Below, one piece after another: positions 1 to 18,776 of a stretch of 64,000 bases of DNA. Both the position numbers and the translations under genes were made by a program. The DNA lies in the NCBI GenBank assembly GCA_009602725.1, contig WELB01000013.1:662593-726592 (forward strand), read 5' to 3'. Each line of letters opens with the position of its first letter. Within the stretch, counting starts at the first letter, position 1. Source of the stretch: Spirogloea muscicola. Lineage: Eukaryota. Below the pieces are notes generated by a model. That model was not told the origin of the DNA, ran no database searches, and saw only the letters and a list, made by a program, of their open reading frames with translations.

Positions 1-60
1 GGCAGTGAGCGGGCGCGCCCGCGGGGCGACGGTCGACGCGCGGCGCCTGCGGCGGCGGCC

Positions 61-3000
61 ATGGCGGGCCGTCTGATCGACTACTTCATGGTGTGCGGCC
101 TCGGGCCGGACGTGAAGACGCTGCAGGAGGAGCGCGGGCTCCGCGGCCTCCACCATGCGTACCAGGCCGCGCTTCTGGATCAGTACCCGGCCGCCAGCCC
201 CGACGGCGCCGCCCCGCCCCCCGAGCTCGCCAGGGTGCGCACCACCTGGTGGCCTCCGCTTCGTGGACCTCGAGAGATGCAGGTCGCAGTGAGCCGTATT
301 GCTGACGTCAGACGCGGGACGACGTCAAGTAGCAATGCAACCTGAGACCTGCGTGATCAGAGTGACTGGTCAGGCGTCAAGCGGCTGCCAAGGGAAGGGA
401 ATGGAAGACGCAACAGTGATTTCTAAGTGCACGCGTCAAAGTGCATCACCGTGGGCCGAGTTTTATGTGTTGTAAGCTCTGCTTTTGAGATTCGTGATGA
501 ATCAGCTTACTGCGTTTGAGCAATTGACGTGTGGGCTGCTGACGTAGGCCCATTAGTGAAAGTGGTGTGTCGCGCTGCCCACATGCATCGAGGCTGACAG
601 CATTGTCATCACTCAGCTGATCTGTTATCACTTGTGATGCACCAGTAAGTGGCTTGGCTGCGCCTCTCTTTGGCAGTGTGTCCTGCCAGGAGGGCTGGAG
701 TTTCATATCCAGGGGCCGAGCGCAAGTGACTCCCTCACGCTCGCCCGCAGCTATCCCATCGTCTTGACTGGTTAGTCACGTCATTATCACTAGCACTCAG
801 CCACTTGGGCCTGAGTCATGCTTAGTGAGTGCATCTGCAAGGCCATCTAGGAGATTAGGGTCCAGGATTCCAAAGCTTAGGCAGAGGTTCTGGACAGACT
901 GCATGCAGTTGGCCACATGGCTTTTTCTGAGAGAATGTGGCCATTAATATTCCACCTAGTTGGGCCTCATGAATTCTCTGTTGGCGGGTTTCTCCAGACG
1001 GCGACGGGTCCAAGCTGTACGTCAGCTGCGTCGCATTCCGAGACCCTGTAGACGCGGACATAGCGGAAGCCTACCTCATCCCCCCGGGCATGTACGCAGA
1101 CAAGTGCATCTGCATATTATCCCGCTGGCCATTCTTCCAAGTGTTCCGTGAGACCCTGGAGGAGATTCATCGCCTCTGCTTCACAGCTGCCGGAAGCAGG
1201 TAACAATTGTCGATCCTTGTTCTTCAAGGACGGTGATTGTGTCGGACAGTGAGAGCGAAGACCAATATCCGGCTTTCCACTTGGACAGTTCCTGCTTACT
1301 GAAAGTCGCCCTTGAGTGGCCTGCAGCAAGCCAATATGGGACACAATCACCCACCTTGTGGACTGTGTACCTCTGCCACACCCCGGCAGAAGTCAAGTCC
1401 TCTTCACGATCGACAACTGCCTGCTGCATGTGCAGTCTCCCGCAGAAGCTGGCTTGCCATACGCTGATGTAAGTTTCACTCTAAGTTGCTGTCTGCCAAG
1501 ATAGGCCTGCGGATACAAGCTGAGGCTTGGCATGGTCTGGACAAGTGAAGGCTGTTGCCTTCCTTGAGGCAGCTGCTCCTGGTTGAGAAGCTCATGGGCT
1601 AGGAAGTTTTTCTCTTGACAGGATTTTCGTTTCTGACTGCAGATATCCTTTCAGCCTCTTATACAATGCCTGGACGTGAATAATGTCATTCGACTCTTCA
1701 CTGTGCTCCTCTTAGAGAAGCGGACACTTCTTCGGGCCTCAAAGTGAGGTTTCAGCCCTTGCAGTCAGTGCCTTGCAGCTGATTGTTGTCAAGAGTCCCT
1801 TCCTTCCTTAAGATGCTCATGAAGTAGTGATGCTTCACAAAATAGTAACCCTCTCCTTATCTGATGTCAAGTCTAAAATAATAAAAGACAAGGTTCTCAG
1901 TTCCGTCCCAATCACACAACCACTGCTTACGTTGAATATCTGTGGGCTCGTCTTAGGTACTCATTATTAACCCTGGTTGCTGAGGCAATATTGCATCTAC
2001 TTTATCCAATAAAGTGGCAGGTAACAAGCTGCATACGCGGTGCTTAAGCGGCTGGTACTACTTGAGCCTTGTCGAATACTTGTGTATACGTAGTCAGGGC
2101 AGGATAGGTGAACCAGCTGCTCTTTTTTGTGACCTAGAAGAAATCTGCAGGACGGCTGCACAAGCAAGCAGTGTTGGATCTTGTGGAGTTTCCATTATTG
2201 ATGATGCAGTACAGTTCCATGCTCACAATGGGCGCAGGGTGTGTACATCCCTGTCTTACCTTATGTAGGCGTGGACTTTATTGACGCCCCCACGCTGTAC
2301 TTCTTTGGTCTTCACTCCAGTCTTGACATCTCCAATCTTAGCCTTGAAGGGGTGAGTCCACTTTCAATATGGGGTTCAATAGGTTCTAAGCACTTGCCAA
2401 GCAAGAGGCAGATTATATACAACCATAAGGTGATCAGTAATGTACTATCACATGATTGGTCATCCAGCTTGTTCTCAGAGATGCATGACTTGATCGTTGT
2501 GTGCTACTTGCTAAGTCTGGTTCCTATGTATTGTCAGGTTACTGTAGTGGACCTTGACTTCAACCACATGTATATAGCCGATGACACACCCCCATTGCCG
2601 GAGCCAGAGCTGAGCAACCTGCGATCTGCTATGCATACCCTCGTGCACCCAACGCTGGTCACCCTTGACCAATCAAAGAAGTTGGTCAAGCCTCGATACG
2701 ACCGCGAAGCTATTCAGCTGGCCAAACCATGGGGCAAACAGCATGACAACAAGCTCAGGTGCAGTTAGACCCATCCTTGTCACAAGCTGAAGTGCTGATA
2801 TGTAAGTCGAACGCACTGCCTTGTGAGAACTTGATTTTGCAGCACTATATATTGACCTGCGGTCCAGGGGATAAAGAGTAGGATTTATGATACAGAGTGG
2901 TCACATGATTTCTCTGAAGCCCCTGCTTGCTGGAACCAGGCTCATTTTCCTGGAACTCTTTGCCTCTCTGATGAATGGTTATCGCGACTTTGTGGTGAGC

Positions 3001-6000
3001 TTCTATCTCATTTTGCTTCTGATGATGACGATTCTGGTGGAGTCCCTCTCTCGCAGTTGGTGCTAGTAACTGTGCAGACTTCTCTGCGCATCATGTCAAT
3101 CGAGTAAGAGACTTGATGAGAAATATTATCATGTGCCTGTGTGTTAAGACAAATTCATAAATTTTCCTATCAACCGTTCACTCCCTACACCCTACAAAAG
3201 TTGCATCGCAGGGCAGTCCTCTAGAGACATGTCCCTGGATGTCTCTCGCCTCGACCAGCTTGAGACGCTCTGCATCATGTTTGGCTCACAGGACCCGACT
3301 CAAAGCGGAGCAAATATTTTCAATACTGATGCCTTTCTGAGAAAGCGCTCCAGAATGACTAATCAACCAGTCGACCCCTTGGTGAGCAACAGCTTGTGAC
3401 TGTCTAATATTCAGAAGTCCGGCTCTAGTGCAGAAGTAAACCATGCACTGAATCAGGCCTTGTCGATCAATTTCAGAGAGTTGACCTTCGCTGAGTCCAA
3501 ACAGCATTTTGGCTTTTGCACAAACAGGTGGCTCAATTCATACGTAGTCAAGGATTCATACATTTCCTGGAAAGTGGTTTGGGGTCAGCGAAGGAGGGTG
3601 CGAACCTGGTGGATGCTGTCATTGACGGGCAGCAGCAGGAGAAGGACTACTCCTACCTTGCGCAGCCACCTGCTGGTGGATCTGACATCCTGGCTGTCCT
3701 TGAGCCTTTGCCCTCAACAACAGATCAAATAGCAGGTCTCTGGCTGTCTAAGATTGTCATCTCTTCTACTTGCGCTTGTCAGGTCGTGTTACAGATAGCT
3801 GATTGACGGTTTACAAGAGTAAGGCAGGCGTTTTGACCGTGGTATGCGTAAAGTGAAGGATGTCAGAAAGGACAGTACAGTATGGCCCTTCTGAGCCTCC
3901 TGTGGCCTTCATTATTGAGGTCAAGGGTATCTGGAAATTTGACTCGCAAATGCAGGCAAGCGCGGCATGAGATACACCTACACTGCATTCCCGGCCCTGG
4001 AGAGGTCCGCTGAGCAGGAGCAGGCGCGCAAGGATATGCTGGCCAGAGCAGTTGAGGACAGAGAGCGTCCCGCTGACGTGCCCACCCACCAGTGCGTCTA
4101 TAGACCTCAGCTTTCTTTGCGTTTGACAAATGATGCAATATGTCATTCTATTACATGTCTGAGTGACTTTGCATTTTAGATCAGATATAAGGTCAAGGCT
4201 AGGCTTAGCAGGCGTTGCGGCTGTGAGAGCTGTAACCACTGTGCTGCCTTTTTTGGCATTCCAGGCCACCTGTGGACGATGAAGTGAAGGCCATTCCCAA
4301 GGAGCCTCGCAAGATTGACATCCAACGCGGCGTACGTTCATCGATTCTTTATACTTGTTATCAGTCCTCTTGAGAGTTGCTCTCTGTACGGAGGGAAGCT
4401 GGCTTCTGTGGGGGATTGTGCAAGAAGACTTGCAATAATTGTCAAAGCCCACTTCATGGTCAAGGACTTAGATGGAGAATCTACACTGGAACAACCGTTC
4501 TTAATGCTGGCCGCCTATGTGAAAGCCTTGCTAAGGAGGTGTACCCTCGTTAGCTGATCAACATTGTGGTTGGTTTGATCAAGCAGTACGGCTTTCTTGC
4601 CATGGTGGGGCCTTTAACCTGATGTTTGCTTTATCCTGTGCAGCATGCTGAAACAAATCAGATGGTGCTTGACATCAAAGTGAAGCTTCAGGTGCAACCG
4701 CTTCCCAATGCCAGCCTCTGTGCAGGCCTGTGTGAGGGGGCCAGCTCGTCAGCATTCCTTGCTGATGCCATTGCTGGCTTGGCTATTCTGCTAATTAGCA
4801 AGAAGTGTGCATATTCAAATCTGTGTGCACAACAAGCTTTACAAGTCAGCCTGTAACACTTCACCATTCTTAGTTGTATGAGACTCTTGCTCCATGCTCC
4901 CAATACCGGTCAGGGGTTGTGGCGACGACTGCTGGAGCTGGATCCAGCTGAGGAGGATCCTACTTCTTCACCACAGTATGGAACAATTTCAGGTGTTCAG
5001 ATCCTTCACACACTTCCAAGTTCATTAGCACGCCCACTGCATACTTGTGGAGTTGGTTTTGTGGTGGAAATGTGCTCCATATTGTCACATTATTACTTAG
5101 CCTCTGGTAATCCTCCACTTCATCATTGATCGTTGCGCAGCTCTCATTGATTCGGATGCGGAGGGCATGACAGCGGTTGGTTTTGTCGAGTGCATCATCG
5201 AGCACATGAAACATGTGAGCATTATTAGCACTTTGCTAGAAGCTGCACAAGAAGGTAGTCTTGAACGAGATTGTCACCAGTGTAACATGCTTAGCATACA
5301 ATGTATGGCCGTCCAGATTTCTTTGAGCAATCTGTCAGCAGCCCGCGAGCTGTGTCAGCAGCAGAACCCATACTCACCTGGCAGCTTCTTGGTGGATCAG
5401 GGTTGGGACTGCCGGCTCTCGACTGAGCACTTCGCAGCTGTGAAGGAGCTGGTACTGCTAGTAGCCTGTGTTGTCCCTCTTCAGTTTCTGCCATAAAAGA
5501 TAGCATCCCTCTACTCCTGTTGAATGTATCATGCATCCTTGAAAAAAAAATTTATTGCTAGCCTCCAGGTTAGCTGAAGGCTGAGTCGATATTGACGAAG
5601 TGTGCATCTTGCCTCTGCCAGCTCATCCTGACGCTCAGCAGTGCCGCGGAAAGAGGGGATGCCTCCACTGCTCAGGCCGTGATGGAGATCTCGTCCAGGA
5701 TCTTCAGGAGAGATTTGGGCAATGTCAAGGACTACATGGCACGCCACCTCTGCTCGCTGCCGACTTGGGATGACCCTGAGTAAGCAGGCTGATTGCTCTA
5801 TCAATGCGTGCGGTCAATCTTGCTGATCTATGTAATATGTTACTAATGCAGAAGCCTTAACGTGGTTGGTAGCAGAGGATGAGACTCTAAGCAACCCCGT
5901 AACTAAGCCTCTTAGTCAAGGGATTGCTCAATGACAGCCAAGAATGACCTTTTTATTGTCATGTCAACCCAAGATGCGTCGTGCAACTCATGGTTGTATG

Positions 6001-9000
6001 CGATTGCAGATACTGGTCCGAGTATTTCGACCTGCTGCTGGAGCATGTGGTTATGCAGTACGTCCGCAGCCTCTCAGTCTTCAAAGATGTTGACAGGCTA
6101 GGGAGGAAGGCACATTGTGAGAAGCCATGGAGAATCAGATAGTCGAATAATTACTTTCATCAGGCATAGGTCTATCAAAGCTTACAGTCAAGAGAAGTCG
6201 CTTTTTAGACAGAAGTTGCTTATCATCTGGACGTTAGATGTTAAGAAGCTTCTTCATTGTGCAGAGAGGGCAATCATGCAGTTATGGTGCTTGAGCAGCT
6301 CATGCTTGTCGCATGCCACATGGTAAGAGCTGATTTTAGAAGTTGTCATCGCTCCTTGACACTCTGCAGAGCAGTCTAAACATCCTTGTACTGGTGATGA
6401 ATCTCGTGCTCAATATATGCTAATGAGAGGATGTCCTATGGCAGGCTGAGCTGGGCCTGCTGGAGCAGGAGGCCTGGGCCATCCTCGAGTCATTGGCCTC
6501 CAAGAATGGCCTCGGTTATACGCACATGGTAATGCTGCTGAGTCTACGTTTCTCTAAAATCCAAACCCTTAAGCCTTAAGTCCTGAACCTAAACCCTTTC
6601 AGCATGGCACAAGCTCGTCAACTGGTTCAGAGCAGGCCGCACTGACATGGACACCTGCTTGCCAATGCTGCAGCTGAAGCTGCGGGGAGTGCTCGCAAGG
6701 GTCCGGCAAGTGTCACATGCCTACTGGGGCCATCCCTCGGCAGCGGTGCCTGGCATGTCCCCCCGGCTACTTGAGGGCCAGGACTCGCTTGGGGGTGTCG
6801 TCAGGATGCATGGCGGCCTGGACGACGGTGTCGGCAGCGACGGCCGCAAGGGGTGGAGCCTGTTCAGCAAGATGAAGGAGCGGGAGGGGCAAGTGAATGG
6901 GGTCTCGCCAAGAGACGAGCGGCGGAAGCCGGTGCTCCTCGACAGCAACTATGGTGAGCTGTTGGGATCACACCCTCCGCCATCCTCTGTAAGCACTGCT
7001 TCACATCACTAGCCCAAAGCCTACGGTCAAGTATTCGACATCCTGGCTACTTACGTGCTGTTTGTGGCCCGTCTATTAGAAAGCCTTGATAGGCGATGCC
7101 TTTGCAGGATTCTGACAGTCTTTCACTTCTGTGGGTCATTGCTAGACCTCCAAGACAAGACAAAGGGCTCCCCCGCTGGTCCAGCAGGGGGGGTGCCAAG
7201 CCCGAAGGCTGATGTCAGAAGTGGACCCGGCGGAGTGAGGAGGGGCCCAAGCGGGGTGCGGCTTCTCCGGGGCCACAAGGATGCCGTGACTGCCCTGCAT
7301 GCTGGCACTAGAGCTGAGCTTGGAGATCTAGTCAGCCAGACCGACGATGTGGGCTATCTTGTGAGCGGCTCAGCAGATGCCACGGTGAGCCTCTCTCTGT
7401 ATGCACATCCCCTCATGCAGGGATTTGCTAGCTTCTGCAATGCTTCCTCTGAGTCATGCGTGCCCTCTGATAGAACGAAGCAGCAGCGTGGATTGACTCA
7501 TGGGTAGTGCTAAGGATGACCAATTATGCGCTGAATATATTTTGAAGCACCAAATGGCTGCTGTGTATTTTCAGGTGAAGCTGTGGCATCCCGATTCTCG
7601 GGGGTCCGAGCTCCGTGCGACGTTGGAGGGCCACCAAGCAGCTGTGCGTTGCATCTCAAGTGACAGGGGCCGCATTGTTACCGGCTCTGACGACCACAGG
7701 GTGCTTGTATGGGACAAAACCACGGCACAGCTTGCAGTCGAGCTCCGTGGCCACGAAGGCTCGGTGAGGACAATGCATTCGACAAGCCTGTATCATTGAC
7801 CAGCCTCCTTCTTGGGAGGTAAATTTGAGACGGAGCTGGGAATGTGTCACATGAAAAAGAAAATGGCCGATAAACAGGAGAACGCATGGACTCAGAGGCC
7901 CCCGAGCTCTGCCGTGCGCAGGTGGGCTGCGTGCGGCTGCTCCCTGGGCAGCGCGTGCTGACGGCGGGTTGGGATGGGATGGTGAAGATGTGGGATGTGC
8001 GGTCGGACCAGTGTGTGGCCACTGTGGCCAGGGCCGCGTGCCCCGTTTTGTGCTTTGACTATGTGGACCATGCTGGCATGCTGGCCTTTGGGGGAACAGA
8101 CGGGTATTGAACTCAATACAGCCTTCACCCATGTCTCTGACATTTGTGTTAGCCTACAAGCCTGCTCAGATTTCTGCTGCTTATCAATATGTGCTTCAGT
8201 GCAGGCTGGAGCAGCAACGCAGCAGGTCCCGCAGATTCTGTCAGGTATTCTGTGCAGAGCTGTCGGAGGGTACTTCTTCAGGACGATGGTTCCAACTTCT
8301 CCTCACAATCTGGGGTGCCATATGTGTTTTGCAGGACACTGAATCTGTGGGACATTCGAGAAGGCAAGCAGCGGTACAAGCTCGTTGGGCACACCAATTG
8401 GATCAGGTGCTCCCACTCAAGTCACATTGGCCAGGATGCAAGTCAGGTTGTCAAGGAGCTCAGATGTGTCCTCTGACTTGATGCATAATCAGCTGGGAGG
8501 ACTGTCAGAGGCTGCTCTTGCTCTTCTGTGGCATGGGTTGTGATCTCTACAATATACATTCATTCCAGGATATTGGCTATTGGCAACCCAGTGAATCGAG
8601 CCAATGGCCTTGCCAAGCCCCTTTGCACGGAGCCCCTCTACACACAGGCGGCTTTGGTTTTCAATGCATTCTGCTGTGAGATTGCTAATTGAGATGAAGT
8701 GATTGCCTGTGTAGAGCCATCCGGATGCACGGTGACACGATTGTCACGGGGTCAGACGACTGGACGGCACGGGTGTGGGAGCTCAGCGGCGGACAGTGCG
8801 AGGCGGTCCTGACGTGCCACGGGGGCCCTATCACCTGTGTGGACTACTGCATCTCCAGCCAGGGCGTGGTTACGGGCTCCGCCGACTGCACCGTTCGCCT
8901 GTGGGAGCGTGTTGACGGTAGCCCTAAGGGCACCCTATCGCTCTGCCTGCTGCTCGTCCGCTGGCCTGACCATCTCCGTGGTGGACCGCTGCTAGCACCT

Positions 9001-9778
9001 GCCACCGGCTGGAGTTATGGACACTGTTCAGCCAGGCATTGTCAGCAGTGGCCTGTCATATTCTGGGTATCTCACTGTGCTCTGACAAGGTGATCCGTGC
9101 ACCATGTTGTCAGGCTTGCTGCAGAGTGTGACGACCATTGGTCTGCATGGAGGCCCCATCGTTGCTGTCCGGTCTGGAGATAGGTGGCTGGGCATTGGGG
9201 CCCAGGACAACTCCATGTCACTCCACCGCCAGCCAGAGGGCGCTGGCCCAGGGGTTGATGCAGCCTCCATGCGGAACCAGGGCTGGGGCCACCGCCGCAG
9301 GAGCATGCGCGACTGGCAGCTGCACCGCACACTTAACCGCTCCGCTGCTGTCGTAAGTGCCAAAATCTATGCTCAGTCTCCGTGTGAGATTGGTTTTTTT
9401 GCTGTATGGTGATGGACAATCCTTAATCTCGAGATATCCATGCATATCTCAAGCAATCTCACAAGCTACTTCTAAAGAAAATGCGTGCGTCTTGTTGCTA
9501 CGTCAGACGTGAAATGAAGGTCATTTCCAGCCATGTCATCGATTTGCATATCATCCCGAGTATATGATACAATCTGATGTTTGAACGTATTAAAAGGTTG
9601 CTATATGCTCCACTACAAGGAGTTGTACAGTCGTGGTAGATGCAGGACACATCAGAACCATCTGAACTTCTATTGAAACTCATTGTGGCAGGTCCGGCAT
9701 GTAGCTGTGGATGTAGATAGAGGCAGGCTTTGCAGTGGAGGACGCAATGGCATCTTGAGGCTCTGGGAACCCCCTTGA
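61..9778 (+). CDS. SCD1: SCD1-like DENN-domain + WD40-repeat protein (multi-exon)
   Basis: N-terminus MAGRLIDYFMVCGLGP (uDENN). DENN exons include YVSCVAFRDP, YIPVLPYVGVDFIDAPTLYFFGL and MVLDIKVKLQ|GLWRRLL. Several WD40 exons follow (LRGHKDAVTALH, VTGSDDWTARVW). It ends LCSGGRNGILRLWEPP-TGA at 9776-9778, with GT-AG introns. Confidence 0.9.
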
Positions 9779-9919
9779 AAGTGGTGTCTCACTGAGAAAT
9801 CATTGATCAGCCATGTAGGTCATGGTTCCTAGGCCATTGAATTGTTGGCAGCAATACTTGATCATTACCTCCTGTCAAATGCTTGAGAAGTTCCAGCATA
9901 CAAGGAATCACTAACACTG

Positions 9920-10969
9920 TTAGGCAACCATCTGCTGTTCCGTGCTGCGACGGGAGTGAGTCTTGTACTTATCCAGCTGCTCTCGCATCTCTTCCTCAAC
10001 TTGCTTGTAGAAAAGCCTGCAGAGCATCCCCTATACCACCGTCAGGGCAAGGTGTTGGAACGAGTGTGAGCTGGATTAATGTGATCTGATGATTTCACGT
10101 CAGAGTGCTGACCTTTGTCTGGTGGTGACTCTCTCTGCTCTACTTCTGCATGCAGCATCACAAGACTCTGACAAACACTTGTCGGTACCTCTTTTCAGCT
10201 ATGCTGCCTTGCTGCTCAGCAGTTTCTTTGGTCAACAGGTCGAGAGCCTGCACGATATGATCTTTTTGATCCATGTTAGGCCCATCCTTGTGACTATCTT
10301 CATGATGCTAGTTTCACCCACGGTAAACGGACATGTGCAGCACCTGCGCAAGTGACTCGCTGTCCACTTCGCAAGTGGAGATTCCCTTGTGGCACGCTAT
10401 CACTTCACTCTGCAGCTGCCTGATCTCCTGCGTCACGGTATTCATGCGGTCGTCCCATGCCTTCGAGGTTGTTGCAACTTCAGGTGACATGCATGCCAAA
10501 TTGGCAGCAAATCAGCCTCAAATATTGAGCCATTTTTTGATTGAGCCATTGTAAGCACTAGTTGCTTGTGGCTGCAATTTGATAAAGCACAACATTCAAG
10601 TCTGAAGTAATGTTGATCAGAAGGCTGGCAGATTTGCAGTGCAACATTGGTCTTGGCTATCACAGCACCTTGTGCAATGTCCTTCTCCAGCGTGCTGATA
10701 GCAGTCTGCTGCTCGTGTCTTTCAGCATCAATGGCAGCGGCCTTGTCTTCGTGTTCTGCAAATTGCTCAATGAGGAACCAACGACGCGTCCCTTCCTCGT
10801 GAGTGAGCTGGCGGGGAGTGCGGATGGTGGTAAGCAAGCAGTGCTGCAGGCAGGAGGCGAGGAGCTAGGTGCAGGCAGAGGCGGCGAGCTCCCGGAACGA
10901 GAGAGGGACGAGGGGCGCGCCGTTCATCTGCGCGCGGAGGGCGCGGAGGTGCCGCAGATAGGCCTCCAT
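9920..10969 (-). CDS. Small coiled-coil protein (~141 aa, 5 exons) resembling plant synaptonemal-complex central-element protein SCEP1
   Basis: Manual splice gives MEAYLRHLRALRAQMN-EHEDKAAAIDAERHEQQTAISTLEKDIAQ-VATTSKAWDDRMNTVTQEIRQLQSEVIACHKGISTCEVDSESLAQ-ALDLLTKETAEQQGSIAEKR-LFYKQVEEEMREQLDKYKTHSRRSTEQQMVA*. It resembles, from memory, the plant MEEYLQYMKTLRSQMNDVED... family. Confidence 0.7.
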
Positions 10970-11616
10970 GGCGCTCGAGTGCGCCGCACGGCACGGCGGT
11001 CGGGGAGAAGGCGCGCAGCGCGCATGAAATGAAAGGGTAGCCAGTTTAAGCCAATAGAAAGCAAGCGCGGCCAGATTGACTGGTAATAGAAGGGGTAGGT
11101 TCGGCGGGGGCTGCGCCGATCTGGCACCCCGACACGGCGGTGGGAGACGGGGAGCCGCAGTGGGGGCCGTCGTCAGGCCCCATCACTAAGCCACTGACCG
11201 CCGCCAGCACGACTGGGCACCGAGAGGGATCTACCGCCGTCGTGGAGAAGCCGCGGTCGCCGCTTTTCACAGCCGTCGCACACCTTCTGGAAAGCTTGCT
11301 TCACTTCCAGTTGCCGCTTGGCCGGCCAACTCGAGCTGCCACCGTCGAGCCGCTTTGGCCGAACGGCAGCTCCGGTGGGGAAGGGCGCTGCGGGTGGGGG
11401 CACTTTCTTCGGTCGGGCGGGTTCCCGGCGCGCTGCTCAGACGAGGGTTGTGCAGACGGGAAACAGTGGAGACGGGCGGCCAATGGGACGGCGAAGGGAA
11501 GGCAGCGGAAAAGTGGGTTCAGGGTCGCGCCAGGCTCCCAGCCGGCGGCTTCCAGACCGCCGCCGCCGCCGCGCCGCCGCGGCCGCCGCGCCGCCGCNGG
11601 GGCGCGGCCCAGCAGC

Positions 11617-16630
<5,014 letters not shown>

Positions 16631-17776
16631 GCATGAAGCGAGCGCTGATTGATGGCTGCTCGTCTCAATGTTCACTCTTTCTTTGACATTCTTATCATTT
16701 GTTCTTAGCTCTTAGCCCACCTTGGCCTTAAGGCCTGCATGATTCATTTTGCCCTTGTCACCAGCGTGACAGGGCTTCGTGCAGCAGCAGCTGTGGAATG
16801 GTGTCTGTGCAATGCCTGGCCACCATGCTGCTGCATGGACATAGAGTGATCTGTGTCACTGTACAACTACCGGAGGCAACGAGACTTCAGAGCAACATGT
16901 GTTTTGTGATGCAGCTGCAACCCATTGTACTGTGTCCAACTCAGCTTCTGCTTGAGCTTGCAAGCTCAAGGGGCTGGATGATCCGTTCAGTGGAGAATTT
17001 ATTTTAACAGCTGTGCTGTGCAAGTCTTGGTGGAGCATGTAGGAGTGCCACTAGCATACACGGTGCTGCTTCCAAGCATAGACAAATTAAGCAAGGGCCT
17101 TCCTCAAGTGTGCACATGCCTCTGCACTACTGATGCTAGCACGGCTATGTTTGCTGACATTATTCCCTCAGCTGGCTGGTGCTGTCACTTGAACTCTTGC
17201 AGCCAAATTTGTATGCACCAAGGCATGCTGCATAGAGACGAAATGAGCGGCAAGCGCAGATTTCGCCGCGTGGGCAGGAAAGCTGACAGACTCTGAGCCG
17301 ACTTGTACTATGCTTGGGAGCCCAAGGTGCAGTATACCCGCAAGGTCGACTTTGCTTTGCCAGTGTACGATGGCCAGAAGGCCACCTACGCGGTCTCCGC
17401 CTTGGTCGAGGCAGTGGGGGACATGACAGCGTCCAGAGCAAGCAGGAGCCTGAAGGTCCTCGAAGCTTGCGCAGAGCTCATGCCAACCGCTGCAGAGCTC
17501 ATGCCAAGCGCTGCGGCTTACTACAAATTGCAACTACACTGTGCTGCGGCCGACGGAAGAGGGTGCCGCCCAGGCTCCACTTCTGCTGCGCGTGCGCCCA
17601 AGCCGCCATCAACCAAGTCAGCCAACTCATCTACTCATCCGAGCTTGCGGCTCACGGTGTGTGACCACCTCCATTTGGGCGGGTTGCAAAGGCGGCGACA
17701 GGCGAGCGAGCGTCCACTGGCCGTGTGGCGGTGGGCAGAGATGGGTGCGGTGGGCGGGACCTGGCGCGGGCGCCCG

Positions 17777-17882
17777 TCACTGCTTGGCGATGGTGGTGGC
17801 GGTGTCGTTCTCCAGCGCGTCGTAAAACTCCTCCGTCTTGCGCCGCAGGTTGAGGTGGTACACCTTCCAGAAGGACGCGCCT

Positions 17883-17915
<33 letters not shown>

Positions 17916-18083
17916 TCAGCGGCCGAGCCCGGCGGCGGCGCGTCGCGGCGTCGGTCAGGCCTGCCGGGCCCTGGCGGCGGGCTGTACCGAAGATGCCGAG
18001 CGCCAGGCCGATGCCGATCTCGTGCAGCAGCCGGGGCCCGCGCTTGGACGCCGCGTGCGCTAGGTGGTGCCCGCCGCCGGCCA

Positions 18084-18084
<1 letters not shown>
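17777..18084 (-). CDS. COX5C: Plant-type cytochrome c oxidase subunit 5C (2 coding exons)
   Basis: MAGGGHHLAHAASKRGPRLLHEIGIGLALGIFG, an intron, then ASFWKVYHLNLRRKTEEFYDALENDTATTIAKQ*. This fits the plant COX5c pattern (KGPSVVKE..IG..LG...WK.HH....RK...FY..LE). Confidence 0.88.
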
Positions 18085-18120
<36 letters not shown>

Positions 18121-18213
18121 TGCAGGTTTTGGGGTTCAGGGCTAGGGTTTCGGTTCTGGGGTCTAGGCGCTCACGCCGAAGGAGCGGAAGGCGACGTGGT
18201 CGAGGGCGACGGG

Positions 18214-18337
<124 letters not shown>

Positions 18338-18776
18338 NNNNNNNNNNNNNNNNNNNNNNNNNNNNNNNNNNNNNNNNNNNNNNNNNNNNNNNNNNNNNNN
18401 NNNNNNNNNNNNNNNNNNNNNNNNNNNNNNNNNNNNNNNNNNNNNNNNNNNNNNNNNNNNNNNNNNNNNNNNNNNNNNNNNNNNNNNNNNNNNNNNNNNN
18501 NNNNNNNNNNNNNNNNNNNNNNNNNNNNNNNNNNNNNNNNNNNNNNNNNNNNNNNNNNNNNNNNNNNNNNNNNNNNNNNNNNNNNNNNNNNNNNNNNNNN
18601 NNNNNNNNNNNNNNNNNNNNNNNNNNNNNNNNNNNNNNNNNNNNNNNNNNNNNNNNNNNNNNNNNNNNNNNNNNNNNNNNNNNNNNNNNNNNNNNNNNNN
18701 NNNNNNNNNNNNNNNNNNNNNNNNNNNNNNNNNNNNNNNNNNNNNNNNNNNNNNNNNNNNNNNNNNNNNNNNNNNN

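Noticed and set aside
1643..1651. ATATCCTTT as an AT-AC U12 donor
   Set aside because: It directly follows a CAG acceptor and is exon sequence (D|ISFQPL) of SCD1.
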